Shown in pieces: positions 52,100 through 64,000 of a DNA stretch of 64,000 nucleotides. The translations under genes and the position numbers were made by a program. Positions within the stretch are counted from its first letter, which is position 1; every line of letters starts with the position of its first letter. The DNA is from Octopus sinensis (taxonomy: Eukaryota), in NCBI RefSeq assembly GCF_006345805.1, contig NC_043005.1, positions 57,226,001 to 57,290,000 of the forward strand. Direction: 5' to 3'. The notes under the pieces are model-generated. The model was not told the DNA's origin and searched no databases. It saw only the letters and a program-made list of their open reading frames with translations.

Positions 52100-52322
52100 A
52101 GCTGGCAGAAACGTTAGCACGCCAGGCAAAATGCCTAGCAGTATTTCGTCTGTCGTTACGTTCTGAGTTCAAATTCCGCTGAGGTTGACTTTGCCTTTCA
52201 TCCTTTCGGGGTCGATAAATAAAGTACCAGTTTCGCACTGGGGTCGATGTAATCGACTTAATCCCTTTGTCTGTCCTTGTTTGTCCCCTCTGTGTTTAGC
52301 CCCTTGTGGGTAATAAAGAAAC
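52100..52322 (+). mobile_element. SINE family C
   Basis: Near-identical to 53839-54068. Confidence 0.85.
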
Positions 52323-53254
52323 ATATATGTATGTATGCATGAATGTGTGTGTGTATATATACACATGCACACACATACATGTATGTGTATTTGTGTATAC
52401 CCTTGTCTTGACATCATGTGATGATTGTAAACAAAAATACAAATGATGGCGTTCGTTTCCAGTTTCCTATGGAAAACATTTTCTGGCCATGGAGTGATAC
52501 ATTACCTTGGAAACAGGTGTGGGTTGACAGCAGGAAGGGCATAGTATAACCAGCCGAAATTGCAAAGATAATCTGGAACTTGACTGAGGATAGAAAACTC
52601 CGAATGACTCGTCCTTGTTTTCTTTGTATCGTCTATCTGGATGTTTTGTTGTCCCTTTTTTGTATCACCTAGTTGTCCGGATGTTTTGCGTTCTTGTCCC
52701 ATTTTTGTATTATGCGTGTGTGTGTGTACGCACACACACTTATTATAAATACCTATAATTTTCAGTTAGCTTAACATGTGTACATTTCCTTAGTATTCAT
52801 TTAACTGATAGAACTGTTACGCTACGCAAATTACTAACGTGTGGTTTACTCTCTGACCTTCTAGAAATGTGTGTGTACTCGCGTGTGCGCCTTTCTCATC
52901 ATAGTGCTTTGAAAGCGATAGTGAAATCAGGTGAAGAAGGTCAACATCTCGTTGCTTCTACCGACATATATTTTACCTATTTATCCACTAAAGGAATTTC
53001 CCTAACGTTGTGCTTCAAATGATTCACATATCTGTGATGGTCGTGTTTGCTTGTTGACTGCTTCTGTAATAAGTAGTAATTCTGTTGGTGGTGGTGGTGA
53101 TTTATGGTGATATTGGGATTGATGTGTCCAGTCCGCTATGATAGAGCAGAGAGCTATAATCAAAAAATCTCCGGTTATGAATATCCTCTCTTTATTTAAT
53201 TTCTTATTTATTTATTTATTGTTGTATTTCGGGACTGTAATTTTTTTACTCTAT

Positions 53255-53642
53255 TACTTGTTTCAGTCATTTGACTGTGGCCATGCTGGAGCACCGCCTT
53301 TAATCGAGCAACTCGACCCCGGGACTTATTCTTTTGTATGCCCAGTACTTATTCTATCGGTCTGCTTTTGCCGAACCGCTAAGTAACGGGGACATAAACA
53401 CACCAGCATCGGTTGTCAAGTAATGCTAGGGGGACAAACACAGACACACAAACACGCATATATATATATATATACATATATATGACGGGCTTCTTTCAGT
53501 TTCAGTCTGCCAAATCCACTCACAAGGCTTTGGTCGGCCCGAGGCTATAGTAGAAGACACTTACCCAAGGTGCCACGCAGTGGGACTGAACCCGGAACCA
53601 TGTGGTTGGTAAACAAGCTACTTACCACACAGCCACTCCTGC
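53255..53642 (-). mobile_element. Full-length SINE family A
   Basis: Near-identical to 27845-28265. Confidence 0.92.
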
Positions 53643-53838
53643 GCTGTAATTTTTTTTTTATTTTGCCAAATAAACACACGCACTATATATTCGTTCTTCA
53701 TACGTTTATTACTGTTTTTATTCTAAACTCGTGCCCTGAAATCTTTCGTCACACATCCGTGACCTCTTGAGCGACACTGTCCATCTTCATGAGACGAAAG
53801 ATTTCCGGACAATGGACACGAGTTAGAATAAGAACAGA

Positions 53839-54068
53839 AGGCGGCGAGCTGGCAGAAACGTTAGCACGCCGGGCGAAATGCGTAGCCGTATTTCGCCTGT
53901 CGTTACGTTCTGAGTTCAAATTCCGCCGAGGTCGACTTTGCCTTTCATCCTTTCGGGGTCGATAAATTAAGTACCAGTTACGCACTGGAGTCGATATAAT
54001 CGACTTAATCCGTGTGTCTGTCTTTGTTTGTCCTCTCTGTGTTTAGCTCCTTGTGGGTAGTAAAGAAA
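53839..54068 (+). mobile_element. Full-length SINE family C
   Basis: aggcggcgagctggcagaaacgttagc head, GTTCAAATTCC B box and gggtagtaaagaaa tail. Confidence 0.9.
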
Positions 54069-54884
54069 CAGTAATAAACGAGTGAAGAACAATGTTTATT
54101 TGGCTAAAAAAAGAAACAAAAAACTGACCGTTCCGAAATACAGCACATACCATTTGTTTCATTTGAAAACTTTAAAGCTCTACAGAAACGACAATTTGTG
54201 TTTAGCTCACCAATTTGAACAGAGTTATCATTTTTATAAGAATGGGATGGATCATATCTGAAAACAGCTTCAGGAGTTGTGAAGAACGAATTTGTACGTA
54301 GTCTGTTTCTGAGAGCTATTCTATTGGGACCTCTGCCTACTCATTAAAACATTGATTTAATGATCCAGCATTAAGTGCTGCAACGTGCATTTGCTGATCT
54401 TGAGAAAATTTCATCTCTCTTCAGACTCTTGCCTTCGTTTTCCTACAATCCTCCTTGCTTTATACTTATTTCTGGAGAGATTACGTCTTTTCTGTGTTTC
54501 TCCTGCTCATTCCGTAAAAAAATTATTTGAAGAGAGCTGAAATTGAAAGAAGAGAAAGCGAAAAGGACAGAGAAAGAAACTAAAAGATGTATGTACGTCT
54601 ATAGGAAATGGACGTGTGTGTGTGTGAGAGAGAGAGAGAGATAGTGAAGGTGTGTGTCGTAATGATTGATGTGTTTTAAGGTACACACAGAAATTGTGAC
54701 GTCATCGTATAAAATGTTTACGATAGTTGATTTATGGAAAAGATTATAAGTTTAATTTTTGAAATGGAAATTAAGTTTAATTTGTAGCCGAAATAGCACT
54801 GAATCTTTTTATACCCCATACGTCAAAATCTGTAAATTTGGAATGCATAAGGAATATATATAATATATATACACATATATATGA

Positions 54885-54918
<34 letters not shown>

Positions 54919-55258
54919 CTGTAAATACTTTCAATCCGAAGGTATTATCTCACATAGAGACGTAATACTGAAATAGTGGAAGAGATAAGAGATTGCTCTG
55001 GGCTCGCATTAGGCAAGAAGTTGGAAATTTATTTGGCCAATGACACACTGCACGGACCTTGGCTTTTGTAATTGATGACTGTTTGCTTTAAGTATTTTAT
55101 TTCAATTTTTATATATATATGTATGTTTGAGCCAATGAGGGAAACCTCTACATGGTAGCTAAACCTGGTAGAAATAGCAGCCAATTTTCCCTCAAAACAC
55201 CTTACTGTCTTGACTGTTTATTCTCAATAAGGATAATTGATTGATAACGTGTCTTAAA

Positions 55259-55360
<102 letters not shown>

Positions 55361-55559
55361 CTTCAAGTGGAATCGGACATCATTAAGAGAGACGGAGAGA
55401 GGAAAGAAGAAAGACAGCATAGCGACGGTTTTGGCTGACTGTCATCCTGTACTCCCCTTGTTGCTAGCGAAATGGTATGTGCCGGCTGTCTGAGCAAACT
55501 CATTGCTTTTAATGGCGGAACAAACAAGACAAAAAGATTACAAAAATAGCGATTCTCAT

Positions 55560-56100
55560 TTTGAAACTAACAATTTTGAAAATCTTTTTAGATTATGGAA
55601 CGTCCCGCTCTTATGTCTCCATGTTTAAAATTTCAGCGCGATCGGATGAACAACACTCTAGTTATAAGTGCACAAACAGACAGAACAGATTTTATATATT
55701 AGAATATTATATATATATATATATAGTAGACCCGGAAATTGTTCGCAAACAGCAGCAGTAATTTTCTTCAGCTGAATACACGTCATTGATTGGTTAAAAT
55801 TACCCAAATACGACAGCTTTAACACGAAATAACTTCTAAAATACAAAATTTTGTCGAAAACACTACGAGTAAACCCTATTCTATGTGATACATTCTACCA
55901 GTATCCGAAGTTTCAAAGTATTTAGCTGAAAAAGAAAAAAAACTAATTAAAAAATTTGGCCGTCGAATTGAATGTTTCTAGTTTAGGTACGAAGCCAGAA
56001 AATTTGTGTGTAGGCAGTTAGTCGATACCACGCTCACCTTTCTGTATTTATGACGAAGTTGAGTCCAGCGAGATTTGGGCTCGCGTACCTTAAATAATAC
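55560..56100 (-). mobile_element. Helitron-type termini on either side of a TA tract
   Basis: Minus-strand 5' end TCTAATATATAAAATCTGTTCTGTCTG at ~55700; tagtagacccgg end-like motif at ~55725. Confidence 0.4.
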
Positions 56101-56289
56101 AATGGAGTTAATAATTGCTCTATTTCTTTCATGGAAATCGAAAGCTAGGAAACGTACAAAAGAGTGGGTATCACCTACCTGCAAGCATGGCGGTGAGAGC
56201 GAAAGTTAAATCAGAGCAACTAGAGACAGCTAGTGTTCTTTTTCGTCCTTTTTCTCTTTCTCCTCCTCCTCTATATACGTGTGTGCAAA

Positions 56290-56349
<60 letters not shown>

Positions 56350-57987
56350 CTCTCTCTCTCCTCTCTCTCTCTCTCTCTCATGTGTGCAGGTGAGGATGTC
56401 TCGTTATGTCCGAAATTAACTTAAGAAGCACTAACGTGAAGATATTTTCTTTATCTCCCATTTTCTTGGGAAGCCATAGGCCAACGGGTTAGGGTCTGAA
56501 GAAACGCTGTAAAGCTTAAGCGCTTATGGACGTGAAACCCAAGGTAACCCCACAGACCGGCCATATCTATCTTTATCTATATACTCTACTGCTATATAAC
56601 TTAGAGCGTGCTTCTCTTTCGGATTATGATTTACTGAAGATATATATAAATGTGTGTGACCAGTGCCTCGTCATTTTTTCGCCCTGCTATCTACAGTACG
56701 CATCGAGCCCTGCATCTATGTCTTCCGTACCCAGTGTATATCTTCCTCCCCACTACACATCTCATATTCCTTCTGTCTCTCTCTCTGTCTCTGTCTGTCT
56801 GTCTCTCTCTCTCTCAATAATGAATTTGGCTTCCCTTATTTATCTATCTCACACATGCGACAGCTATAAATACAGGCTTACCTCAACTTACGTCGGTAAT
56901 TGGTTTCAAGACATGCGACTTAACTTGAAAACCGAGTTACACGGGGAAAAAAAAAGTGGAAAGACTTCTGTCGCCCCCCACCACCACCCCCATTTTCTCC
57001 CAAATTTGTTAATTTTTGTAAATTTTTTTTTCTCCCCCAAATCCCCGTTTTCGGATACAGAGGTTCCAGGAAATTGCCAAAATTCGGCATTGTGAAAATT
57101 CTCCCCCTCCCCCTCTCCAACTTCTTCAATTTTGACTTTTCCTCCCAACACTAATCCTAACTCTAAAACCCTAACCTCAAGTACAGAAATGTTTTGAAAT
57201 TCTTGTCCGTATTTTTCCGCATATTTAGAAAAAAATTCTTAAAAAAAAATTTTACAAAGATTTGTGGAAATTTTTTTCAGAATCTCCGTATTTTTCCGCA
57301 TATTTTGATAAAAAATAAAAAAAAAAGAAAAAAATTGTGAAAAAGTTAAAGATGAAGGAAATGGAGGTGTGTGTGTGTGGGGGTAATTTAGAAATGTCGA
57401 TTTTTGCCAATTTTTTTTTGGGGCGGAAGTCTTGCCAAAAAAGGGAAAAAAAGCTTGTAGCTGTTCAAATGCTTTATGGATATTTTTTTTACACGTACTT
57501 TGATTTTCCACTTCAAGTATGGGTTTTTTTTTTTTTTTTTTTTATTATTCAACGTAAAGTTTAATAAATCAACAGAAGTTGATGTTTTTTATGCTTCCTT
57601 TTTTTTTTTTTTTCTTTCAAAAAAAAAAAAATGTCGAAGCTGTAACTCGAAACGACGTAAGTTGAAGTGTGCCTGTCCTATGTAAATAGAGATGTAAGAT
57701 AACTTTACATGCTGTTTACTAAAAATACAGCTGCCTGCTTTATACATCTATATTTATATATGTATATTAAAAAAAAAAATTATGTATTCATTTTTTTTTT
57801 ATCTATTCTCTCTCGCAAAACTACTCCATTAGCTTTCGTTCTTCTGCTGCCATTCCGGCATCATTATTAATGTGCGTGCATTTGTCTTATTCTAAACACA
57901 CGAAAAGCGTGTGGCGTTATTTCAAACCCTTGTACTTATCCCCCACCCATCATCAATCCATTCATTCTCACGTGCATTCTTGTGTAC

Positions 57988-60900
57988 CTCTCTCACTTTT
58001 TGCGTCTCCGTCCTTCTTTCTCTTTTTGTGTCTCTGTCCCTCTCTCACTTGTGTCTCCGTTCTTCTTTCTCTTTTTGTGTCTCTGTCCCTGCCCCTCTCT
58101 TTTGTGTCTCTGTGTCGCTGACCCCCTCTCTTTTGTGTCACTGACCCCCTCTCTTTTGTGTAGCTGTCCCCCTCTCTTTTGTGTCCCTGTCCCTCTCTCT
58201 TTTGTGTCCCTGTCCCTCTCTCTTTTGTGTCTCTGTCCCTCTCTCTTTTGTGTCTCTGTCCCTCTCTCTTTTGTGTCGCTGTCTCTCTCTTTTGTGTCTC
58301 TGTCCCTCTCTCTTTTGTGTCGCTGTCTCTCTCTTTTGTGTCTCTGTCCCCCTCTCTTTTGTGTCGCTGTCTCTCTCTTTTGTGTCTCTGTCCCTCTCTC
58401 TTTTGTGTCGCTGACCCCCTCTCTTTTGTGTCCCTGTCCCTCTCTCTTTTGTGTCTCTGTCCCCCTCTCTTGTGTCTCTGTCCCTCTCTCTTTTGTGTCG
58501 CTGTCCCCCTCTCTTTTGTGTCGCTGTCCCTCTCTCTTTTGTGTCTCTGTCCCTATCTCTTTTGTGTCTCTGTCCCTCTCTCTTTTGTGTCTCTGTCCCC
58601 CTCTCTTTTGTGTCGCTGTCCCCCTCTCTTTTGTGTCGCTGTCTCTCTCTTTTGTGTCTCTGTCCCCCTCTCTTTTGTGTCGCTGTCTCTCTCTTTTGTG
58701 TCGCTGTCTCTCTCTTTTGTGTCTCTGTCCCTCTCTCTTTTGTGTCGCTGACCCCCTCTCTTTTGTGTCCCTGTCCCTCTCTCTTTTGTGTCTCTGACCC
58801 CCTCTCTTTTGTGTCGCTGACCCCCTCTCTTTTGTGTCGCTGACCCCCTCTCTTTTGTGTCGCTGACCCCCTCTCTTTTGTGTCGCTGACCCCCTCTCTT
58901 TTATGTCGCTGTCCCCCTCTCTTTTGTGTCGCTGTCTCTGTCCCTCTCTCTTTTGTGTCCCTGTCCCTCTATCTTTTGTGTCTCTGTCCCTCTCTCTTTT
59001 GTGTCGCTGTCTCTCTCTTTTGTGTCGCTGTCTCTCTTTTGTGTCTCTGTCCCCCTCACTTGTGTCTCTGTCCCTCTCTCTTTTGTGTCGCTGTCCCCCT
59101 CTCTTTTGTGTCGCTGTCCCTCTCTCTTTTGTGTCTCTGTCCCTATCTCTTTTGTGTCTCTGTCCCTCTCTCTTTTGTGTCTCTGTCCCTCTCTCTTTTG
59201 TGTCGCTGTCCCCCTCTCTTTTGTGTCGCTGTCCCCCTCTCTTTTGTGTCTCTGTCCCTCTCTCTTTTGTGTCGCTGTCCCCCTCTTTTGTGTCGCTGTC
59301 CCCCTCTCTTTTGTGTCGCTGTCCCCCTCTCTTTTGTGTCGCTGTCCCCCTCTTTTGTGTCGCTGTCCCCCTTTCTTTTGTGTCGCTGTCCCCCTCTCTT
59401 TTGTGTCGCTGTCTCTCTCTTTTGTGTCGCTGTTCCCCTCTCTTTTGTGTCGCTGTTACCCTCTCTTTTGTGTCTCTGTCCCTCTCTCTTTTGTGTCCCT
59501 GTCCCTCTATCTTTTGTGTCTCTGTCCCTCTATCTTTTGTGTCGCTGTCTCTCTCTTTTGTGTCTCTGTCCCTCTCTCTTTTGTGTCGCTGTCTCTCTTT
59601 TGTGTCTCTGACCCCCTCTCTTTTGTGTCGCTGTCTCTCTTTTTTGTCTCTGTCCCTCTCTCTTTTGTGTCGCTGTCCCCCTCTCTTTTGTGTCGCTGTC
59701 CCCCTCTCTTTTGTGTCGCTGTCCCCCTCTCTTTTCTGTCGCTGTCCCCCTCTCTTTTGTGTCGCTGTCCCTCTCTCTTTTGTGTCTCTGTCCCTCTCTC
59801 TTTTGTGTCGCTGTCCCCCTCTTTTGTGTCGCTGTTCCCCTCTCTTTTGTGTCGCTGTCCCCCTCTCTTATGTGTCTCTGTCCCTCTCTCTTTTGTGTCC
59901 CTGTCCCTCTCTCTTTTGTGTCCCTGTCCCTCTATCTTTTGTGTCCCTGTCCCTCTATCTTTTGTGTCTCTGTCCCTCTCTCTTTTGTGTCGCTGTCTCT
60001 ATCTTTTGTGTCTCTGTCCCTCTCTCTTTTGTGTCGCTGTCTCTCTTTTGTGTCTCTGTCCCCCTCTCTTTTGTGTCGCTGTCTCTCTCTTTTGTGTCTC
60101 TGTCCCTCTCTCTTTTGTGTCGCTGTCCCCCTCTCTTTTGTGTCGCTGTCCCTCTCTCTTTTGTGTCGCTGTCCCTCTCTCTTTTGTGTCTCTGTCCCTC
60201 TCTCTTTTGTGTATCTGTCCCTCTCTCTTTTGTGTCGCTGTCCCCCTCTTTTGTGTCGCTGTCCCGCTCTCTTTTGTGTCGCTGTCCCCCTCTCTTTTAT
60301 GTCGCTGTCCCCCTCTCTTTTGTGTCGCTGTCTCTCTCTCTCTTTTGTGTCGCTGTTCCCCTCTCTTTTGTGTCGCTGTTCCCCTCTCTTTTGTGTCGCT
60401 GTCCCCCTCTCTTTTGTGTCGCTGTCCCCCTCTCTTTTGTGTCGCTGTCTCTCTCTCTTTTGTGTCCCTGTTCCTCTCTTGTGTGTCTCTCTCTCTTTTG
60501 TGTCTCTGTCCCTCTCTCTTTTGTGTCTCTGTCCCTCTCTCTTTTGTGTCTGTCCCTCTCTTTTTTGTGTCTGTCCCTCTCTTTTGTGTCTCTGTCCCCC
60601 TCTCTTTTATGTCGCTGTCCCCCTCTTTTTTGTGTCTCTGTCTCCCTTCTCTCTTTTGTGTATCTGTCCCCCTCTCTTTTGTGTCTCTGTCTCTCTCTCT
60701 TTTGTGTCTCTGGTCCCCTCTTTTGTGTCTCTGTCCCTCTCTCTTTTGTGTCTCTGTCCCCCTCTCTTTTGTGTCCCTGTTCCTCTCTCTTTTGTGTCCC
60801 TGTTCCTCTCTCTTTTGTGTCCCTGTTCCTCTCTCTTTTAGTCTCTGTCTCTCTCTCTCTTTTGTGTCTCTGTCCTCTCTCTTTTGTGTAGCTGTTCCTC

Positions 60901-63900
60901 TCTCTTTTGTGTCGCTGTCCCCTCTCTTTTGTGTCTCTGCCCCTCTCTCTTTTGTGTCGCTGTTCCTCTCTCTTTGTATCGCTGTTCCTCTCTCTTTTGT
61001 GTCGCTGTCCCTCTCTCTTCTGTGTCGCTGTTCCTCTCTCTTTTGTGTTTGTGTCCCTGTCCCTCTCGTTTTTGTTCTGTCCCCCTCCCTTCTGTGTCTC
61101 TGTCCCACTCGCTTTTGTGTCTCTGCCCCTCTCTCTTTTGTGTCTCTGCCCCTCTCTCTTTTGTGTCTCTGTCCCCCTCTCTTTTGTGTCTCTGTTCTCT
61201 CTCTTTTGTGTTTGTGTCCCTGTCCATCTCTCTTTTGTGTCCCTGTCCCTCTCTCTTTTGTGTCCCTGTCCCCCTCTCTTGTGTCGCTGACCCCTCCTTT
61301 TGTGTCCCTGTTACTCTCTCTTTTATGTCCCTGTTACTCTCTCTTTTATGTCTCCCCCTCTCTCTTTTGTGTCTCTGTCCCTCTCTCTTTTGTGTCTCTG
61401 TCCCTCCTCTTTTTGTGTCTCTGTCCCTCCTCTTTTGTGTCGCTGTCCCCTCTCTTTTGTGTCTCTGTCCCTCTCTCTTTTGTGTCTCTGTCCCTCTCTC
61501 TTTTGTGTCCTGTCCTCTCTCTTTTGTGTCTCTGTCCCTCTCTCTTTTTGTGTCTCTGCCCCTCTCTCTTTTGTGTCTCTGTCCCTGTCTCTTTTGTGTC
61601 TCTGTCCCTGTCTCTTTTGTGTCGCTGTCCCCCTCTCTTTGGTGTCCCTGTTCCTCTCTCTTTTGTGTCCCTGTTCCTCTCTCTTTTGTGTCTCTGTCCC
61701 TCTCTCTTTTGTGTCTCTGTCCCTCTCTTTTGCGTCTCTGTCCCTCTCTCTTTTGCGTCTCTGTCCCTCTCTCTTTTGTGTCGCTGTCCCCCTCTCCTTT
61801 GTGTTTCTGTCCCTCTCTCTTTTGTGTCTCTGTCCCTCTCTCTTTTGTGTCTCTGTCCCTCTATTTTTTGTGTCACTGTCCCTCTCTCTCTCTCTCTTTT
61901 GTGTCTCTGTCCCTCTCTCTTTTGTGTCTCTGTCCCTCTCTCTTTTGTGTCTCTGTCCCTTTCTCTTTTGTGTCTCTGTCCCTCTCTCTTTTGTGTCTCT
62001 GTCCCTCTCTCTTTTGTGTCGCTGTCCCTCTCTCCTTTGTGTCTCTGTCCCTCTCTCCTTTGTGTCTCTGTCCGTCTCTCCTTTGTGTCTCTGTCCCCCT
62101 CTCTTTTGTGTCTCTGTCCCCCTCTCTTTTGTGTCTCTGTCTCTCTCTCTTTTGTGTCTCTGGTCCCCTCTTTTGTGTCTCTGTCCCTCTCTCTTTTGTG
62201 TCTCTGTCCCCCTCTCTTTTGTGTCCCTGTTCCTCTCTCTTTTGTGTCCCTGTTCCTCTCTCTTTTGTGTCCCTGTTCCTCTCTCTTTTAGTCTCTGTCT
62301 CTCTCTCTTTTGTGTCTATGTTCCTCTCTCTTTTGTGTAGCTGTTCCTCTCTCTTTTGTGTAGCTGTCCCTCTCTCTTTTGTGTCTCTGCCCCTCTCTCT
62401 TTTGTGTCGCTGTTCCTCTCTCTTTTGTATCGCTGTTCCTCTCTCTTTTGTGTCGCTGTCCCTCTCTCTTCTGTGTCGCTGTTCCTCTCTCTTTTGTGTC
62501 CCTGTCCCTCTCGTTTTTGTTTCTGTCCCCCTCCCTTCTGTGTCTCTGTCCCACTCGCTTTTGTGTCTCTGCCCCTCTCTCTTTTGTGTCTCTGCCCCTC
62601 TCTCTTTTGTGTCTCTGTCCCCCTCTCTTTTGTGTCTCTGTTCCTCTCTCTTTTGTGTTTGTGTCCCTGTCCATCTCTCTTTTGTGTCCCTGTCCCTCTC
62701 TCTTTTGTGTCCCTGTCCCCCTCTCTTGTGTCGCTGACCCCTCCTTTTGTGTCCCTGTTACTCTCTCTTTTATGTCCCTGTTTCTCTCTCTTTTATGTCT
62801 CCCCCTCTCTCTTTTGTGTCTCTGTCCCTCTCTCTTTTGTGTCTCTGTCCCTCTCTCTTTTGTGTCTCTGTCCCTCCCTCTTTTGTGTCGCTGTCCCCCT
62901 CTCTTTTGTGTCTCTGTCCCTCTCTCTTTTGTGTCTCTGTCCCTCTCTCTTTTGTGTCCCTGTCCCTCTCTCTTTTGTGTCTCTGTCCCTCTCTCTTTTG
63001 TGTCTCTGCCCCTCTCTCTTTTGTGTCTCTGTCCCTGTCTCTTTTGTGTCTCTGTCCTCTCTCTTTTTGTCTCTGTCCCTCCCTCTTTTGTGTCCCTGTC
63101 CCCCTCTCTTTTGTGTCCCTGTTCCTCTCTCTTTTGTGTCCCTGTTCCTCTCTCTTTTGTGTCTCTGTCCCTCTCTCTTTTGTGTCTCTGTCCCTCTCTT
63201 TTGCGTCTCTGTCCCTCTCTCTTTTGCGTCTCTGTCCCTCTCTCTTTTGTGTCTCTGTCCCCCTCTCTCTTTTGTGTTCTGTCCCTCTCTCTTTTGTGTC
63301 TCTGTCCCTCTATCTTTTGTGTCTCTGTCCCTCTATTTTTTGTGTCTCTGTCCCTCTCTCTCTCTCTCTTTTGTGTCTCTGTCCCTCTCTCTTTTGTGTC
63401 TCTGTCCCTCTCTCTTTTGTGTCTCTGTCCCTCTCTCTTTTGTGTCTCTGTCCCTCTCTCTTTTGTGTCTCTGTCCCTCTCTCTTTTGTGTCTCTGTCCC
63501 TCTCTCTTTTGTGTCTCTGTCCCTCTCTCTTTTGTGTCTCTGTCCCTCTCTCTTTTGTGTCTCTGTCCCTCTCTTTTGTGTCTCTGTCCCTCTCTCTTTT
63601 GTGTCTCTGTCCCTCTCTCTTTTGTGTCTCTGTCCCTCTCTCTTTTGTGTCTCTGTCCCTCTCTCTTTTGTGTCTCTGTCCCTCTCTCTTTTGTGTCTCT
63701 GTCCCTCTCTCTTTTGTGTCTCTGTCCCTCTGTCTTTGTGTCCCTGTTCCTCTCTCTTTTGTGTCCCTGTTCCTCTCTCTTTTGTGTCCCTGTTCCTCTC
63801 TCTTTTGTGTCCCTGTTCCTCTCTCTTTTGTGTCCCTGTTCCTCTCTCTTTTGTGTCTCTGACCCTCTCTCTTTTGTGTCCCTGTCCCTCTCTCTTCTGT

Positions 63901-64000
63901 GTCTGTCTCTCTCTTTTGTGTCTGTTCCTCTCTCTTTTGTGTCCCTGTCTCTCTCTCTCTTTTGTGTCCCTATCTCTCTCTCTTTTATGTCTTTGTCCCT
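57988..64000. repeat. ~23-bp CT-rich satellite (consensus TTTTGTGTCTCTGTCCCTCTCTC), >6 kb, runs off the window
   Basis: Direct reading of tandem monomers and their variants (GTCGCTG, GTCCCTG, GACCCC, GTTCC). Confidence 0.97.

Noticed and set aside
57982-63862. ORFs up to 1121 aa (Cys/Leu/Ser-rich, or Arg/Glu/Lys-rich on minus)
   Set aside because: The near A-free strand cannot form stop codons; all frames are open; this is a satellite artefact.
57988-64000. CRISPR-like array
   Set aside because: There are no unique spacers and no cas genes, and the context is eukaryotic.

Overview
Repeat-saturated, AT-rich eukaryotic DNA. It is most likely octopus/cephalopod; this is inferred from the SINE/RTE/Penelope repertoire and the (TA)n, (CA)n and (TATG)n arrays, not from a database search. 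I cannot support any intact host protein-coding gene, rRNA, true tRNA or CRISPR array; the long ORFs in the track are read-throughs of simple repeats. Content: two decayed Penelope-like retroelements head-to-head (1-2.9 kb); a near full-length decayed RTE LINE (20.1-23.9 kb); RTE 3' fragments; a CRE-like RLE fragment; a decayed mariner plus two 566-bp deletion derivatives with the same TIRs; Tc1, pogo, hAT, piggyBac and 9-bp-TSD MITEs; Helitron-type elements; many tRNA-derived SINEs; and a >6-kb ~23-bp CT-rich satellite with higher-order repeats running off the right end. Two themes are not explained by ordinary TE labels. First, locally templated copies recur at (TA)n tracts and TE ends: a 466-bp near-perfect palindrome, a 42-bp palindrome, a permuted 304-bp filler inside a MITE, a 100-bp inverted copy and a 40-bp direct copy; a retroposon with a 77-bp inverted duplication is a related case. 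Second, hammerhead-ribozyme-like motifs occur in Penelope-type terminal modules that abut (TA)n. Any link between these themes is a hypothesis only. All alignments and coordinates were read by eye.
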